Below are positions 8,914 to 17,254 of a DNA stretch of 32,000 nucleotides, piece by piece; position 1 is the stretch's first letter; every line of letters starts with the position of its first letter. The translations under genes and the position numbers were made by a program. Below the pieces are notes generated by a model that saw nothing but the letters and a program-made list of their open reading frames with translations, did no database searches and was not told the DNA's origin. Origin of the DNA: Promethearchaeota archaeon. Its GTDB lineage: Archaea; Asgardarchaeota; Hermodarchaeia; Hermodarchaeales; Hermodarchaeaceae. The stretch covers positions 91,437 to 123,436 of the forward strand of contig JBHLMI010000003.1 in assembly GCA_048938295.1 (NCBI GenBank), given 5' to 3'.

Positions 8914-9981
8914 TTAACCTTTCGGTCTATCAACCTTCTCTGGACCTTGGGTTTCAATATATTGTGGTTCTTTCTCATTCTGAAGCGATTGATAGCCCCG
9001 TCCCATGGTGGCTAGTGAAGGCACCCCTAAAATGGACAGCCCGATGATATAGATTATACCATCAAGCAATGCAATTCCTGCAGCGTGTGTAATCCCAAAT
9101 CCAGGGAGATAGCTTTGCAAGGCAAAAAATTGGAAAAAGAAGATTCCGATACCTGCCGGAATGAGAATTGCAAGTAAATGTCCTGCGGTATAACTGATTG
9201 AAGCCACAAAGATTGATTCAAGAACTGTTAGAACTTCAGAAAATGCGGAGGCAAGAAATGCAAGTTTCATGGTCTCTATAATCCAAAGTGGCACGCTAAT
9301 TAAAAAAGCAATTCCTGAATTCCAGCTACTGATATCAGTTCGCATATCCGCAGCGAAATTCTCAACAAACGTGGGGACCTCATCTTTGAGTCGTTTTGAA
9401 GGTTTGAATAGGCGTCCTACAATTCGGGAAAACCAACTAACAAACCGCTCATTGCGAATGAGAATGAAGAACGCTACAAAGGCAATTACCAATACAATAC
9501 CGCCTAAAAGTGATGAAAAGGCTTGACCTGTTACTGCTCCGAATATCATGAAAGCAGAGAATACAATGATTAGCACAAGACTCGCGAAATCTAATACTCT
9601 AGCAAGTAGTATGGATGACAAACCTGCTGAAAATCGTGTCCCTGTTTTTTCTCGGAGCCAATAGGGAGTGGCAATATCTCCTGCACGCAATGGAATGACA
9701 TAGGTTAGGAAAATCCCACCAACCAGCATCGGGAAAAGCTGAAGGGGATTGTCCTTGGTATTAAAAGGGCGAAGGAGAAACCACCAACGAACTGCACGAA
9801 GAATATATGCAATGGCAAAGAGACCAAAGGCCGGAAGCATCCAAAATAAATTGGCAGTCATTAGAGTTTCCACTAGCGCAAATATTCCTCCCTCTCCATT
9901 AATGATTAGAGCAATATGAAGCCAAAGAACAATAAGTACTAGACTGACTCCAGCAATCAGATAGTACCATCGTTGGCGCAT
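8914..9981 (-). CDS. Lysylphosphatidylglycerol synthase TM region / UPF0104 flippase-like membrane protein
   Basis: LRAVRWWFLL...IPLRAGDIA...ARVLD motifs; about 8-9 TM helices. Confidence 0.85.
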   Translation of the reverse strand: MRQRWYYLIAGVSLVLIVLWLHIALIINGEGGIFALVETLMTANLFWMLPAFGLFAIAYILRAVRWWFLLRPFNTKDNPLQLFPMLVGGIFLTYVIPLRAGDIATPYWLREKTGTRFSAGLSSILLARVLDFASLVLIIVFSAFMIFGAVTGQAFSSLLGGIVLVIAFVAFFILIRNERFVSWFSRIVGRLFKPSKRLKDEVPTFVENFAADMRTDISSWNSGIAFLISVPLWIIETMKLAFLASAFSEVLTVLESIFVASISYTAGHLLAILIPAGIGIFFFQFFALQSYLPGFGITHAAGIALLDGIIYIIGLSILGVPSLATMGRGYQSLQNEKEPQYIETQGPEKVDRPKG

Positions 9982-10114
9982 TGAAAACAGCTCTCAAATT
10001 TGAGGCTAGCGTCCAATCTGCCCATATTCTAACCTAAATAGTTATCCCAGCTAAGAAAAACCGAAGAATGTTCCTAGTAACCTTTTTAGAAGATAACAAA
10101 GATGACACCACCAT

Positions 10115-10864
10115 ATGCCTCCAAGATATGTTGTGATTCCTGCGGCTGGTAAAGGAAGACGTATTCGACCCTATTCTGAAAAAGTGCCAAAACCCATGAT
10201 CCAGGTCTTTAACCGCCCGATTCTTGCCCATGTTATCGACCGTTGTAAGGATGCTGGAATCACGAATATCATCTTAGTCGTTAACCCCGAATCCAATGCT
10301 GTGGAAAACTACTTCGGGGACGGAAGTGAGTTCGGAGTCTCGATCGAGTACGTGAGGCAACCCAAACCTGAAGGTATTGGGCACGCCGTTGGTTTAACTG
10401 AAGGGATTGTTGAAATCCCCTTTGCGGTGTACTTGGGGGATGAACTGTATATCGATTCAGATCATCGCGGGTTTATCCGATCATTCGACGATACCGGATT
10501 TGCAGCCTCGATTGGGATCATGCGGGTCGAGGATGAGAATCTGATTCGCAAGAATTATTCTGTTGAAATAGATCTAGAAACCCATATCATCCAACATTTA
10601 GTCGAGAAACCCGTCGAATTGACCAACAATATCCTCGGGTGTGGCTCTTACATCTTCAATGAAACCGTGTTCGAAGCGATCCGTCACACTCCACGTTCGA
10701 AGAAGAATGAAATTGAAATAACCGATACCCTCAACACTCTTCGGGAATTGGGGTACGTTGTCGGTGGGTATTTTCTTGGCGGTCACTACCTTAACGTGAC
10801 ATATCCGGCAGACATTGTTGAAGCAGAAAAACTACTCAGCCGAGACCAAGACCGGATTTTATAG
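10115..10864 (+). CDS. Sugar-phosphate nucleotidyltransferase (RmlA/GraD-like)
   Basis: IPAAGKGRRIRPYSEKVPKPM signature; EYVRQPKPEGIGHAV; YLGD; LVEKP; EITDTL. Confidence 0.92.
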   Translation: MPPRYVVIPAAGKGRRIRPYSEKVPKPMIQVFNRPILAHVIDRCKDAGITNIILVVNPESNAVENYFGDGSEFGVSIEYVRQPKPEGIGHAVGLTEGIVEIPFAVYLGDELYIDSDHRGFIRSFDDTGFAASIGIMRVEDENLIRKNYSVEIDLETHIIQHLVEKPVELTNNILGCGSYIFNETVFEAIRHTPRSKKNEIEITDTLNTLRELGYVVGGYFLGGHYLNVTYPADIVEAEKLLSRDQDRIL

Positions 10865-11557
10865 ATTCAAAATGACCTTGATCATTTGAAGGCCATTTCG
10901 GAAAGCTTTTGCTTTGGAGGTTGTGATTTTTGCCTCGCCTACACGGGTCAAGTAATGGACGGGAATTTCCTTCATCTTCCCACCGTACCGAAGGACTTTC
11001 ACAATCATTTGTGGTGAAAGTGATGCCCCTTCAGCATCTAATTCTGGAAGAATCGCTTCCAACATTTCACGTCGAATCACACGAAGCGTGCACCCGACAT
11101 CAGTTAGTGGGGTATACCCGTGAAGTAGCCCAAGTAGCTTAGCCACTGCCATATTCCCGACGACCAAAAATAGCCCCATATTAGCCCCTTCCTCAAGATA
11201 AGGAGTTGCTGTCCGAGTACCAACCGCAAAGTGGCGTGTTCGGACTTCCCGTAATAATCGAAGGACATCGAATCCACGGAAGGTTTGATCTGCTTCGGTG
11301 ATGATTATAAAATCATAGTCACGGTCAAGAGCTTCACGCAATCCACGGCGAATTGCTGCTCCATACCCTTGGATGGGTTCAGGAATAACTGTGGCACCAG
11401 CAGCTTTGGCAACTTTGGCTGTGCTATCAGTCGAGTTGTTATCGATGACAATGACATCATCAACTTCTTTGGTCTTGAAGTCTTTAATTGTGGCAGCGAT
11501 CGGCTTTTCCTCGTTCCATGCAGGGATGACGACGCACACACGCTTTCCAGCGTACAT
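10859..11557 (-). CDS. GT2 glycosyltransferase, DPM1-like (polyprenol-phosphate sugar synthase type)
   Basis: VVIPAWNEE, VIDNNSTD, QGYGAA, TEADQT (DxD variant), LTDVGC, EIPVHYLTRVGEAK. SD GGTGAG upstream. Confidence 0.9.
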   Translation of the reverse strand: MYAGKRVCVVIPAWNEEKPIAATIKDFKTKEVDDVIVIDNNSTDSTAKVAKAAGATVIPEPIQGYGAAIRRGLREALDRDYDFIIITEADQTFRGFDVLRLLREVRTRHFAVGTRTATPYLEEGANMGLFLVVGNMAVAKLLGLLHGYTPLTDVGCTLRVIRREMLEAILPELDAEGASLSPQMIVKVLRYGGKMKEIPVHYLTRVGEAKITTSKAKAFRNGLQMIKVILNL

Positions 11558-11653
11558 AGCAACTCACCAGTAGTAAACGTTCTTAGAATATAGCCTTTCA
11601 TACACTAGGCTTCCTATAAAAGAATTAAAACTCAGAGACGGGAATTACACCAT

Positions 11654-12220
11654 TTACACTTTTAGCGAATAAGCTGGCTTAATAACACCTTCATCGGTTG
11701 CTTGAAGCATTTTCTCTGCTAGAAACTCGAAGAGAGTAGTGACATTCACGCCAGTTCGTGCACTAACAGGCATATAAGCACGAATCCCATAATTTTCACA
11801 GAAGGTCCTGATTTCGGTTTCCGAAGGTCCACCTTCCATATCCGCTTTTGCGCCGACAAGGATGATTGGAATCCCATTGGTGCTATTATGAATAACATCC
11901 ATCCAGAACTCCAGTTGAAGAAAGGTGGAAAAGCGAGTAAGGTCAAAGACAACAATAGCTCCATGTGCACCCAAACAAAAAATCGGCATCAATTCGCGGA
12001 AGCGTTCCTCTCCACCGAAATCCCAAATTGATAGCCCCACTTTTTGGTTTTTGATCTCAATATCCTGATAAGCAAACTCAGATCCCACAGTCATCACTGG
12101 AGACGAGCTATCTTCAAAGAGGTAACGCCGGATGATACTGGTCTTCCCCACTCCTCCTTCACCTGCAACAATGACTTTGAAGATTGGAGTCTGAGATTTA
12201 ATCACAGCTGATTGGACCAC
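11654..12220 (-). CDS. Rab-like small GTPase
   Basis: G1 GEGGVGKT, G2 TVG, G3 WDFGGEERF, G4 AKAD, G5 SARTG. RabF-like segments VGSEF, RFRELM, FCLGA and VVFDLT. Confidence 0.92.
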   Translation of the reverse strand: MVQSAVIKSQTPIFKVIVAGEGGVGKTSIIRRYLFEDSSSPVMTVGSEFAYQDIEIKNQKVGLSIWDFGGEERFRELMPIFCLGAHGAIVVFDLTRFSTFLQLEFWMDVIHNSTNGIPIILVGAKADMEGGPSETEIRTFCENYGIRAYMPVSARTGVNVTTLFEFLAEKMLQATDEGVIKPAYSLKV

Positions 12221-12461
12221 AGGCTCGGAACTACCATTGATTTGTTGATTCGTAGCCAGTGTTTACACCACTTCGGGAGCCATTTATGGCTTAGCCACTC
12301 TCTGAGCGGTTGCCACACCTTTCAAGTCAATTACAGGAGACTTGATTTTTATACTATCGGGGTTCTTCGACCGATTATCGAGTTCTTTGGATTTTTCGCA
12401 ACTACTTTAGGTGAAAAGAACTGATTATTCGTAATTCACATTTTCTGGTGAGTGTCTCACG

Positions 12462-13616
12462 ATGACTGATTCGGTTGCTGTATTTTATGATGAACGGTTC
12501 ATGAAATACGATTTGGGACCACATCATCCGCTCCATCAGAACCGAATCTTGTTGCATCATGAGTTGAGTCGAGTGTTAGGACTATTCTCGAGTAAGGGAG
12601 TGAGTCTTCCTAAGTTCCAACCAGCTACGGATGAACAACTCCGCTTCGTCCATACCCAAACATACATTGATCAAGTCCGAAATTTGAGTCAGCGTAGCGG
12701 GTATTCATCGTTGGATATGGGTGATACCGTGGCTTTTCCCGGTGCATATGATATTACTCGCCTAATGGTGGGTGCGACGTTGGCAGGTGTGGATGCTGTG
12801 ATGAGGGGAAAGGCGCATCACTCTTGGAATTCAAGTGGTGGTCTCCACCATGCTCATGCTGACCGGGCTGCAGGATTTTGTATCTTCAACGATGTAGCAA
12901 TCGCCTGCCATTACCTGAAACAAAAATATAAACAGAAGCGCATCATGTACCTGGATATTGACGTTCACCACGCTGATGGGGTCGAAGAGCAGTTTTACCG
13001 TGATCCTGAGGTACTCACGCTTTCAATCCATCAGACAGGTCGGACCCTGTTTCCCGGAACCGGTTACACTCATGATTTTGGGGATGGCGAAGGAAAAGGG
13101 TATGCAGTGAACCTGCCATTACCACCATATACTCAGGACCAACAATACCTTGATGCCTTTGAGGCTATTGTTCCCCCGATTATAGAAAATTATAAACCTC
13201 AAGTCATTGTGATGCAAAGCGGCGTAGATACCCATTTCCAAGATCAACTTGGAAACTTACTTTTAACGACCCATGCATTTGACCAAATCAGTCAAAGAGT
13301 ACATGAACTCGCACACAAACATTCTAGAGGACGGTTGATTGCGGTTGGTGGAGGTGGTTATTCGTACTACTCGGTTCCGCGGTGCTGGACTATTATTCTG
13401 GCCCGATATATGGGAGTTGATGTCGATAATAACCTCCCAGGGGAGTGGAGAGAGTTCTTCAAAAGTATTACTGGATTGGAGGCTCCTAGGTTCCTTCATG
13501 ATAAGGAGGTGCCTTCCTTATCAGAGCTTGATCAGGCACGGGTTGGCCGGATAGTTAATGAAAGTGTATCACAAGTTCAGGATATGGTTTTCCCACTGCT
13601 TGGTATTTCGAAATGA
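12462..13616 (+). CDS. acuC: Acetoin utilization protein AcuC / histone deacetylase family Zn-dependent deacylase
   Basis: GPHHP, GGLHHA, GFCIFND, YLDIDVHHADG, SIHQ..LFPGTG, VNLPLPP, SGVDTH..D.LG, GGGGY. Confidence 0.92.
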   Translation: MTDSVAVFYDERFMKYDLGPHHPLHQNRILLHHELSRVLGLFSSKGVSLPKFQPATDEQLRFVHTQTYIDQVRNLSQRSGYSSLDMGDTVAFPGAYDITRLMVGATLAGVDAVMRGKAHHSWNSSGGLHHAHADRAAGFCIFNDVAIACHYLKQKYKQKRIMYLDIDVHHADGVEEQFYRDPEVLTLSIHQTGRTLFPGTGYTHDFGDGEGKGYAVNLPLPPYTQDQQYLDAFEAIVPPIIENYKPQVIVMQSGVDTHFQDQLGNLLLTTHAFDQISQRVHELAHKHSRGRLIAVGGGGYSYYSVPRCWTIILARYMGVDVDNNLPGEWREFFKSITGLEAPRFLHDKEVPSLSELDQARVGRIVNESVSQVQDMVFPLLGISK

Positions 13617-13719
13617 ATACAGCTTCCAGAAGCGCTATCCTTCTGCTACGATAAGTTTCCTCGATTTCCCTGAATCATAATCACTTCGGGAGCTTACTAA
13701 AAAAGTCTAACCTGACATT

Positions 13720-14256
13720 CTACAAATGTTCTTTCTGGAGTGAGGAAATCACAGAATCTAAATATTTAGCCACTTCTTGGCTTTCCTTTGCTTTTTCTTC
13801 AAGTTGTTGTATCAGGTCAATAGCCGCGCGTTTTCGGTCCAGGTCATTGGGAATACCACGAAGCCGTTGAGATAGTATTAGAAGCTGGTGGATTTCCGGA
13901 TAACTCCGTTGAATGACTCCTTCAATTGTGCGTGGCTGCTGTGAACCCGGAACCACTCGGACAATTCGAATGCCTTGTGGAGTGATTTGCAGAGAGACCC
14001 GTATACTTTTCGCGAGTCGATAGTATTTACGAGGTGGTCCGCGGATGCTTTCGTCTTCATAGGTTTCTAGGAATCCGCGTTCGATGAGTTCCTGTAGGTG
14101 GCGGAGAATTGCCTGTTGGTGGGCGGCTAGTTCTCGGCTGAGCTGACCCAGAAACATCGGTTCTAGGGAGATGCGTCGAAGAATTTCGAATCGGGTGGGA
14201 TTGCCGAGGAGCCAAAAGAGGTGGATAGACTCATCGTTGGAATTGGGTTGAGACAT
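13720..14256 (-). CDS. phr: ArsR-type wHTH transcription regulator, Phr (archaeal heat-shock regulator)-like
   Basis: LGNPTRFEIL...LSRELAAHQQAILRHL..L.E.G..E....RGPPRKYY matches my recollection of the Pyrococcus Phr N-domain. It has a C-terminal coiled coil and is divergent from hsp20. Confidence 0.75.
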   Translation of the reverse strand: MSQPNSNDESIHLFWLLGNPTRFEILRRISLEPMFLGQLSRELAAHQQAILRHLQELIERGFLETYEDESIRGPPRKYYRLAKSIRVSLQITPQGIRIVRVVPGSQQPRTIEGVIQRSYPEIHQLLILSQRLRGIPNDLDRKRAAIDLIQQLEEKAKESQEVAKYLDSVISSLQKEHL

Positions 14257-14274
14257 CGGGATCGTGTCCGTAGG

Positions 14275-14298
14275 GGTTAGTCACCATGTGTTAGTGAC
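14275..14298. promoter_or_regulatory. Putative Phr operator 1 (over the predicted phr transcription start)
   Basis: GGTTAGTCACCATGTGTTAGTGAC is 17/24 identical to operator 2 and lies ~25 bp downstream of minus-strand TAAATA (14309-14314). Confidence 0.6.
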
Positions 14299-14330
14299 AG
14301 GATGAGAGTATTTAGTCTTGTGGTCATGTG

Positions 14331-14344
14331 GAAAGGTTTAAAAG
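14331..14344 (+). promoter_or_regulatory. BRE/TATA box of hsp20
   Basis: GAAAGG followed by TTTAAAAG (14337-14344), ~75 bp upstream of the ATG at 14420. Confidence 0.6.
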
Positions 14345-14362
14345 GAAGTATTACTCACAAAC

Positions 14363-14386
14363 TATTAGTCACAATATGTGAGTAAA
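14363..14386. promoter_or_regulatory. Putative Phr operator 2 (over the predicted hsp20 transcription start)
   Basis: TATTAGTCAC-AATAT-GTGAGTAAA, an imperfect palindrome (TTAGTCAC versus reverse complement TTACTCAC). An extra half-site TTACTCAC lies at 14351-14358. Confidence 0.7.
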
Positions 14387-14419
14387 TAGATGCGAATAAC
14401 TACAAGGAGACCCACTGCT

Positions 14420-15061
14420 ATGAGTTTCTTTGATGACAATGACGATTTTGATGAGCTCTTCAAGCGCCAAATGCAGGCTTTCCGCCGTATGTTCAATGAC
14501 CTGCACAAATTCGAAAGTGCACCTTCCCCACGAGTCGAAGACCATGATGGGGCTCGAACTATGCAATTTGGACCCTTTGTCTATGGGCGAACCACTTACA
14601 TGGGACCCGACGGGAAGATGCATACACAAGAATGGAGCAATCTTCCTCCCGAGGCACAGAAAGAATTCGAAGAAAAGCTGCACACACGAGGCCTTCCCTT
14701 TCAATTTCCTCCACAACCTCAAGAACGGCGTCCCTCGCCGATTCCAGATCCCTTAACCCCGGATCGCCCCTTTCCAATTCCACAAACTCAGGTTGAACTC
14801 AAGCCAGATGATTATCCCATCGATATTCTTGATACTGAAGATGGGTATACTATCATATTCGATACTCCTGCCACGAGCGCCCACGATGTTAGGGTTGATG
14901 TGAATGGGCAGCACCTACAGTTGTGGGCTCGAGGCGATTTGTTCCGGGAATTAGAACTCCCTGTTCCAGTTCAGCTTATCTCGCTCCAATTCCGTAATGG
15001 AATCGTGGAAGTGCAGCTAAGATCCAAGCCAGAGGAAGAGCCCAAAGCCTCCGGGGAATAG
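14420..15061 (+). CDS. hsp20: Archaeal small heat shock protein (Hsp20 family)
   Basis: GPFVYG...GPDGK...EW.N N-terminal motif and a C-terminal alpha-crystallin-like region (FRELELP...FRNGIVEVQL). SD AAGGAGA precedes ATG 14420, so I prefer this start to the track's 14390. Confidence 0.85.
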   Translation: MSFFDDNDDFDELFKRQMQAFRRMFNDLHKFESAPSPRVEDHDGARTMQFGPFVYGRTTYMGPDGKMHTQEWSNLPPEAQKEFEEKLHTRGLPFQFPPQPQERRPSPIPDPLTPDRPFPIPQTQVELKPDDYPIDILDTEDGYTIIFDTPATSAHDVRVDVNGQHLQLWARGDLFRELELPVPVQLISLQFRNGIVEVQLRSKPEEEPKASGE

Positions 15062-15087
15062 ACCGAACAGACGGCGTGAGGTCGAAT

Positions 15088-15109
15088 GGACGGGTTGCCA
15101 GACCCGTCC
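15088..15109. terminator. GC-rich hairpin downstream of hsp20 (possible terminator or stability element)
   Basis: GGACGGGT-TGCCAG-ACCCGTCC, a perfect 8-bp stem followed by a pyrimidine-rich tract (ttccccactatttttcc). Confidence 0.4.
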
Positions 15110-15193
15110 TTCCCCACTATTTTTCCATGCCAACGTATTGTCGGAATGATAGCCCTTCCATCAGTTTTTTAGGGTACACCTTCGCTGTGCCTT

Positions 15194-15799
15194 TTGAGGT
15201 TATTTGGCGTGGCTCATGAGGACTATGCCGAGGAATTAATGAGATTACGAGCCCGATATGGCATACCCCGAAGAGTTAATTTTGAGGTTGAGATGCTACC
15301 CGATGAATTTGCACTCGTTCAACGATCACAGAAGCGGGGGCGACAGCACGATGTCACTGTCTTTATTCAGTATCAGGGCAAGTTTGTTGTAATCGAAAAA
15401 CACGCGTATGCTAAGACCGGAATAGTTCGAGCCCCTTCTGGCGGTGCACGACCGTCAGAAAGCCTGATTTCTGCAGCCCAACGGGAGGCTAGCGAAGAAA
15501 CTGGATTTGATATCGAAATTGATCGGTTTGTATTAGAAGCCCACGTGCTGCTAAAAAGCGGAAGCCACCCTGCGGTGCCTTGGGTCTCCTATGTATTCTT
15601 GGCTCATGTTGTAGGAGGACAACTCGGTGCAAAGGATTTGGAAGAGATTTCAGATGTCCAACTCCGTTCGCGAGAAGAATTACTCAAAGATGTGCGCCCT
15701 CTTATGCTCGCTTCTGGACTTGGTGGATTCGAGTATCGGGCAAAAATGACTGATGCCTTCTTCGAGGAACTGGATGCTCTGAATATTACGCTAAAATAA
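15194..15799 (+). CDS. NUDIX hydrolase
   Basis: Complete Nudix box GGARPSESLISAAQREASEETGF. The TTG start is uncertain. Confidence 0.85.
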   Translation: MRLFGVAHEDYAEELMRLRARYGIPRRVNFEVEMLPDEFALVQRSQKRGRQHDVTVFIQYQGKFVVIEKHAYAKTGIVRAPSGGARPSESLISAAQREASEETGFDIEIDRFVLEAHVLLKSGSHPAVPWVSYVFLAHVVGGQLGAKDLEEISDVQLRSREELLKDVRPLMLASGLGGFEYRAKMTDAFFEELDALNITLK

Positions 15800-15806
15800 A
15801 CCAGGA

Positions 15807-17129
15807 TTAAAGTGGAGCACCGCAGTGTACGCAAAATCGTGCATCTGAGGCTGTTACGCGTCCACAGTTGGCACATATTTTTCCAGCTTCTGCATCCTGT
15901 TGTCTGGATTTTGGAGTCTCAGTCACAGATTCTGGCTCTTCAGGCGCCTCCGTTGACTCGATAACTTCGACTTCCTCATCACTTATAGAAGGTGAAAGTT
16001 TGGAGTCAGCAACAGTCGTTTCTTTGACTTCGAACCGGGTAATTGGTCCATTCCGCATTGCTGATTCTTTTTTCAGAATGTGCTCGCAAGCAAGAAGAGC
16101 ATAATGGAGACGGTCAGCTTTTTCAGTAAGGGTAGTCTTCCTTTTCTCATTCACCTCGGCATCTTCGTCTCCAATGAGAAGTCGGGCGTTTAAGGTATCG
16201 AGTTCTTCTTTCACTTCAGCATGATCAAGTTGGACCTGGGCCTGATATCCTTGGAGTTGAAGAACACCATTCTTGATCTGTTCATCCATACCTTCAAGTT
16301 TTTCTTCATACTCTTTGGTCAAACGGTCATAGACTCGTTCGCTGACTTCGGCTTTTTTATGGAGGTCTTCTAGTCGTTCTAACTCTCCACGTTCATTGAT
16401 ATAGCTGTCGATGAGTTCTTCTAATTCGAAATCGCTATCAGCAGCTGCTTGACTTAGTTCCTCAAGGAGTTTATCGGATACTGAACCATTGTTAGCATAT
16501 TCTTCTTCCAACACTAGCTGACGGCCTCGTGCCATTAGACTTGCCAGCACTTTTGTGGGAACTGTGATTGGTTCAACCGTCGAAATCCTCGCCGTTGCAG
16601 TGGCAGGATAGGGTGTTTCATCCGCTACTTGTTCTGGAGTCTTTGCCGTTCCAGGGATATCGCTACCACAATAGATACAGAACTTGGAACCAGGTCTTGA
16701 ATTGCGTCCGCATGAAGGGCAGGTGACTACAGAAGTCGTTTTGACTGAAGCTGATTTCTGAGTTTCAAGTTCCTGTGTTTCTGGAGCTGGAGTTGATAGG
16801 ACTTGCCCACAATTAATACAATAATTTGAAGATTCGGGATTATTGCTAAACCCACAAAGAGTACAGACATTCGATGCTGAAGTCGAGGTTATTGGGGTAG
16901 CTGTTGGTTCAACTCGATTGCCACATTTGGTACAGAACTTCATACCTTTCTTGAGTGTCGTTCCGCAGTTGCTACACTTCAGCAGGTCTGGTTTCGCTTG
17001 AGGTGTAGGCACTGGAGGGGGTGCGGCTCTACCTCCCCTTGTGGGGGTGCCACAGATGGTGCAGAATTTAGCTGATTGTTTGAGGGTTGCTCCACAGTGG
17101 CTGCATTTCTGAGTCATTGTCATCCTCAC
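15807..17129 (-). CDS. Zinc-ribbon protein (five CxxC-CxxC ribbons) with a central CdvA-like coiled coil
   Basis: Four N-terminal ribbons and one C-terminal ribbon. Central segment ERLEDLHKKAEVSERVYDRLTKEYEEKL...ELDTLNARLLIGD. The likely start is ATG 17117 or 17123 after SD GGTGAGG. Confidence 0.8.
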   Translation of the reverse strand: MRMTMTQKCSHCGATLKQSAKFCTICGTPTRGGRAAPPPVPTPQAKPDLLKCSNCGTTLKKGMKFCTKCGNRVEPTATPITSTSASNVCTLCGFSNNPESSNYCINCGQVLSTPAPETQELETQKSASVKTTSVVTCPSCGRNSRPGSKFCIYCGSDIPGTAKTPEQVADETPYPATATARISTVEPITVPTKVLASLMARGRQLVLEEEYANNGSVSDKLLEELSQAAADSDFELEELIDSYINERGELERLEDLHKKAEVSERVYDRLTKEYEEKLEGMDEQIKNGVLQLQGYQAQVQLDHAEVKEELDTLNARLLIGDEDAEVNEKRKTTLTEKADRLHYALLACEHILKKESAMRNGPITRFEVKETTVADSKLSPSISDEEVEVIESTEAPEEPESVTETPKSRQQDAEAGKICANCGRVTASDARFCVHCGAPL

Positions 17130-17254
17130 CTAGATGTAATGTTGTTGAGAGCTAATGAATCCACCCTTATTTTGTTTTGCACTGGTCTAGGAGAAAGGCG
17201 TGTATTGTTGTGTACAGTAGAAAAGGATGCCCAAAATCATGCTTTCGAGTGTAG

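Noticed and set aside
10115-10864. Assigning rmlA and a dTDP-rhamnose pathway
   Set aside because: No rmlBCD nearby, and substrate specificity cannot be read from the motifs.
14390-14419. Extended start of hsp20 given in the track; similarly 20831 and 22797 for other genes
   Set aside because: Downstream ATGs fit better with the SD position, the neighbouring gene ends and the domain boundaries.
15059-15150. Stop readthrough or frameshift restoring an IxI tail on Hsp20
   Set aside because: No downstream frame gives an I-x-I/V motif.
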